From Octopus vulgaris (taxonomy: Eukaryota): a DNA stretch of 64,000 nt. The stretch covers positions 97,774,001 to 97,838,000 of the forward strand of contig OX597817.1 in the NCBI GenBank assembly GCA_951406725.2, in the 5' to 3' direction. The number at the start of each line of letters is the position of its first letter. The stretch's first letter is position 1. Positions 63,571 to 64,000 of this stretch are shown here, piece after piece. Below the pieces are notes generated by a model, which was not told the DNA's origin, made no database searches, and was given only the letters and a program-made list of their open reading frames with translations. A program made the position numbers and the translations under genes.

Positions 63571-64000
63571 TATAATCAGTCAGGTGCAATGTGATACCAT
63601 AAAGGAAAAATTCAATCGTCACTAAGTGTGACTAAGGATGCCAGAGCACCTACATGGCTAGAAATAAGAGTTAAAAATACTCTTAATGCTGTTGGAGGAG
63701 CACAGAATGTATACACATATCACATATACAGGTATCATGCAAAAAGGAAAAGTAGAACTCAGAATATGAGTATATGTCCAAGGGGGTACCCAAAAGTAAC
63801 CAGAAACATCCTTTGTGGGACAAGATCATATTTCAGGCTTCTGCCACTAGAAAGCACTTGATGTGACTTACAGGGAACAGTCTGCTGACTGGCGTCATTG
63901 TGTGGGATTGTACTGTCACATGGTGTGTCTTTGTTTTGCAGTGCTTCTCCCCTGTTCATCGATTTTTGCTATAGCTGAAACAAAGGAACAGTGTGCTTCC

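Noticed and set aside
1-64000. CRISPR arrays, rRNA genes, prokaryotic operons or defence systems
   Set aside because: No regularly spaced repeat-spacer array, rRNA motif or dense gene organisation; the DNA is eukaryotic repeat sequence.

Overview
AT-rich eukaryotic intergenic or intronic DNA made almost entirely of transposable elements and microsatellites. The SINE/RTE/Helitron/microsatellite mix suggests a cephalopod such as Octopus; this is an inference, not a database result. No intact host gene can be supported. The first ~26.7 kb is a dense nest of elements: an ORF1-only Tx1-like retroposon, a CRE-clade LINE split by an inversion, Helitron and piggyBac derivatives, a near full-length Tx1 LINE inserted in a HERO LINE, a foldback MITE, a hAT MITE and a 4.4-kb Gypsy-type LTR element. 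The remainder holds mariner, RTE, Penelope, pogo, R4, CR1 and Helitron relics and tRNA-SINEs. Four observations stand out. (1) The LTR element's primer-binding site is the exact complement of nt 1-12 (the 5' end) of tRNA-Phe rather than a tRNA 3' end. (2) A Penelope pseudo-LTR carries a tRNA-like Pol III head plus a minimal hammerhead ribozyme, and it also occurs as a free non-coding insertion. (3) An ORF1-only 'half-Tx1' with its own TSD shares its 3' tail with a full Tx1 in the same window. (4) The CRE element's inversion can be rejoined in frame through a 9-bp inverted repeat.
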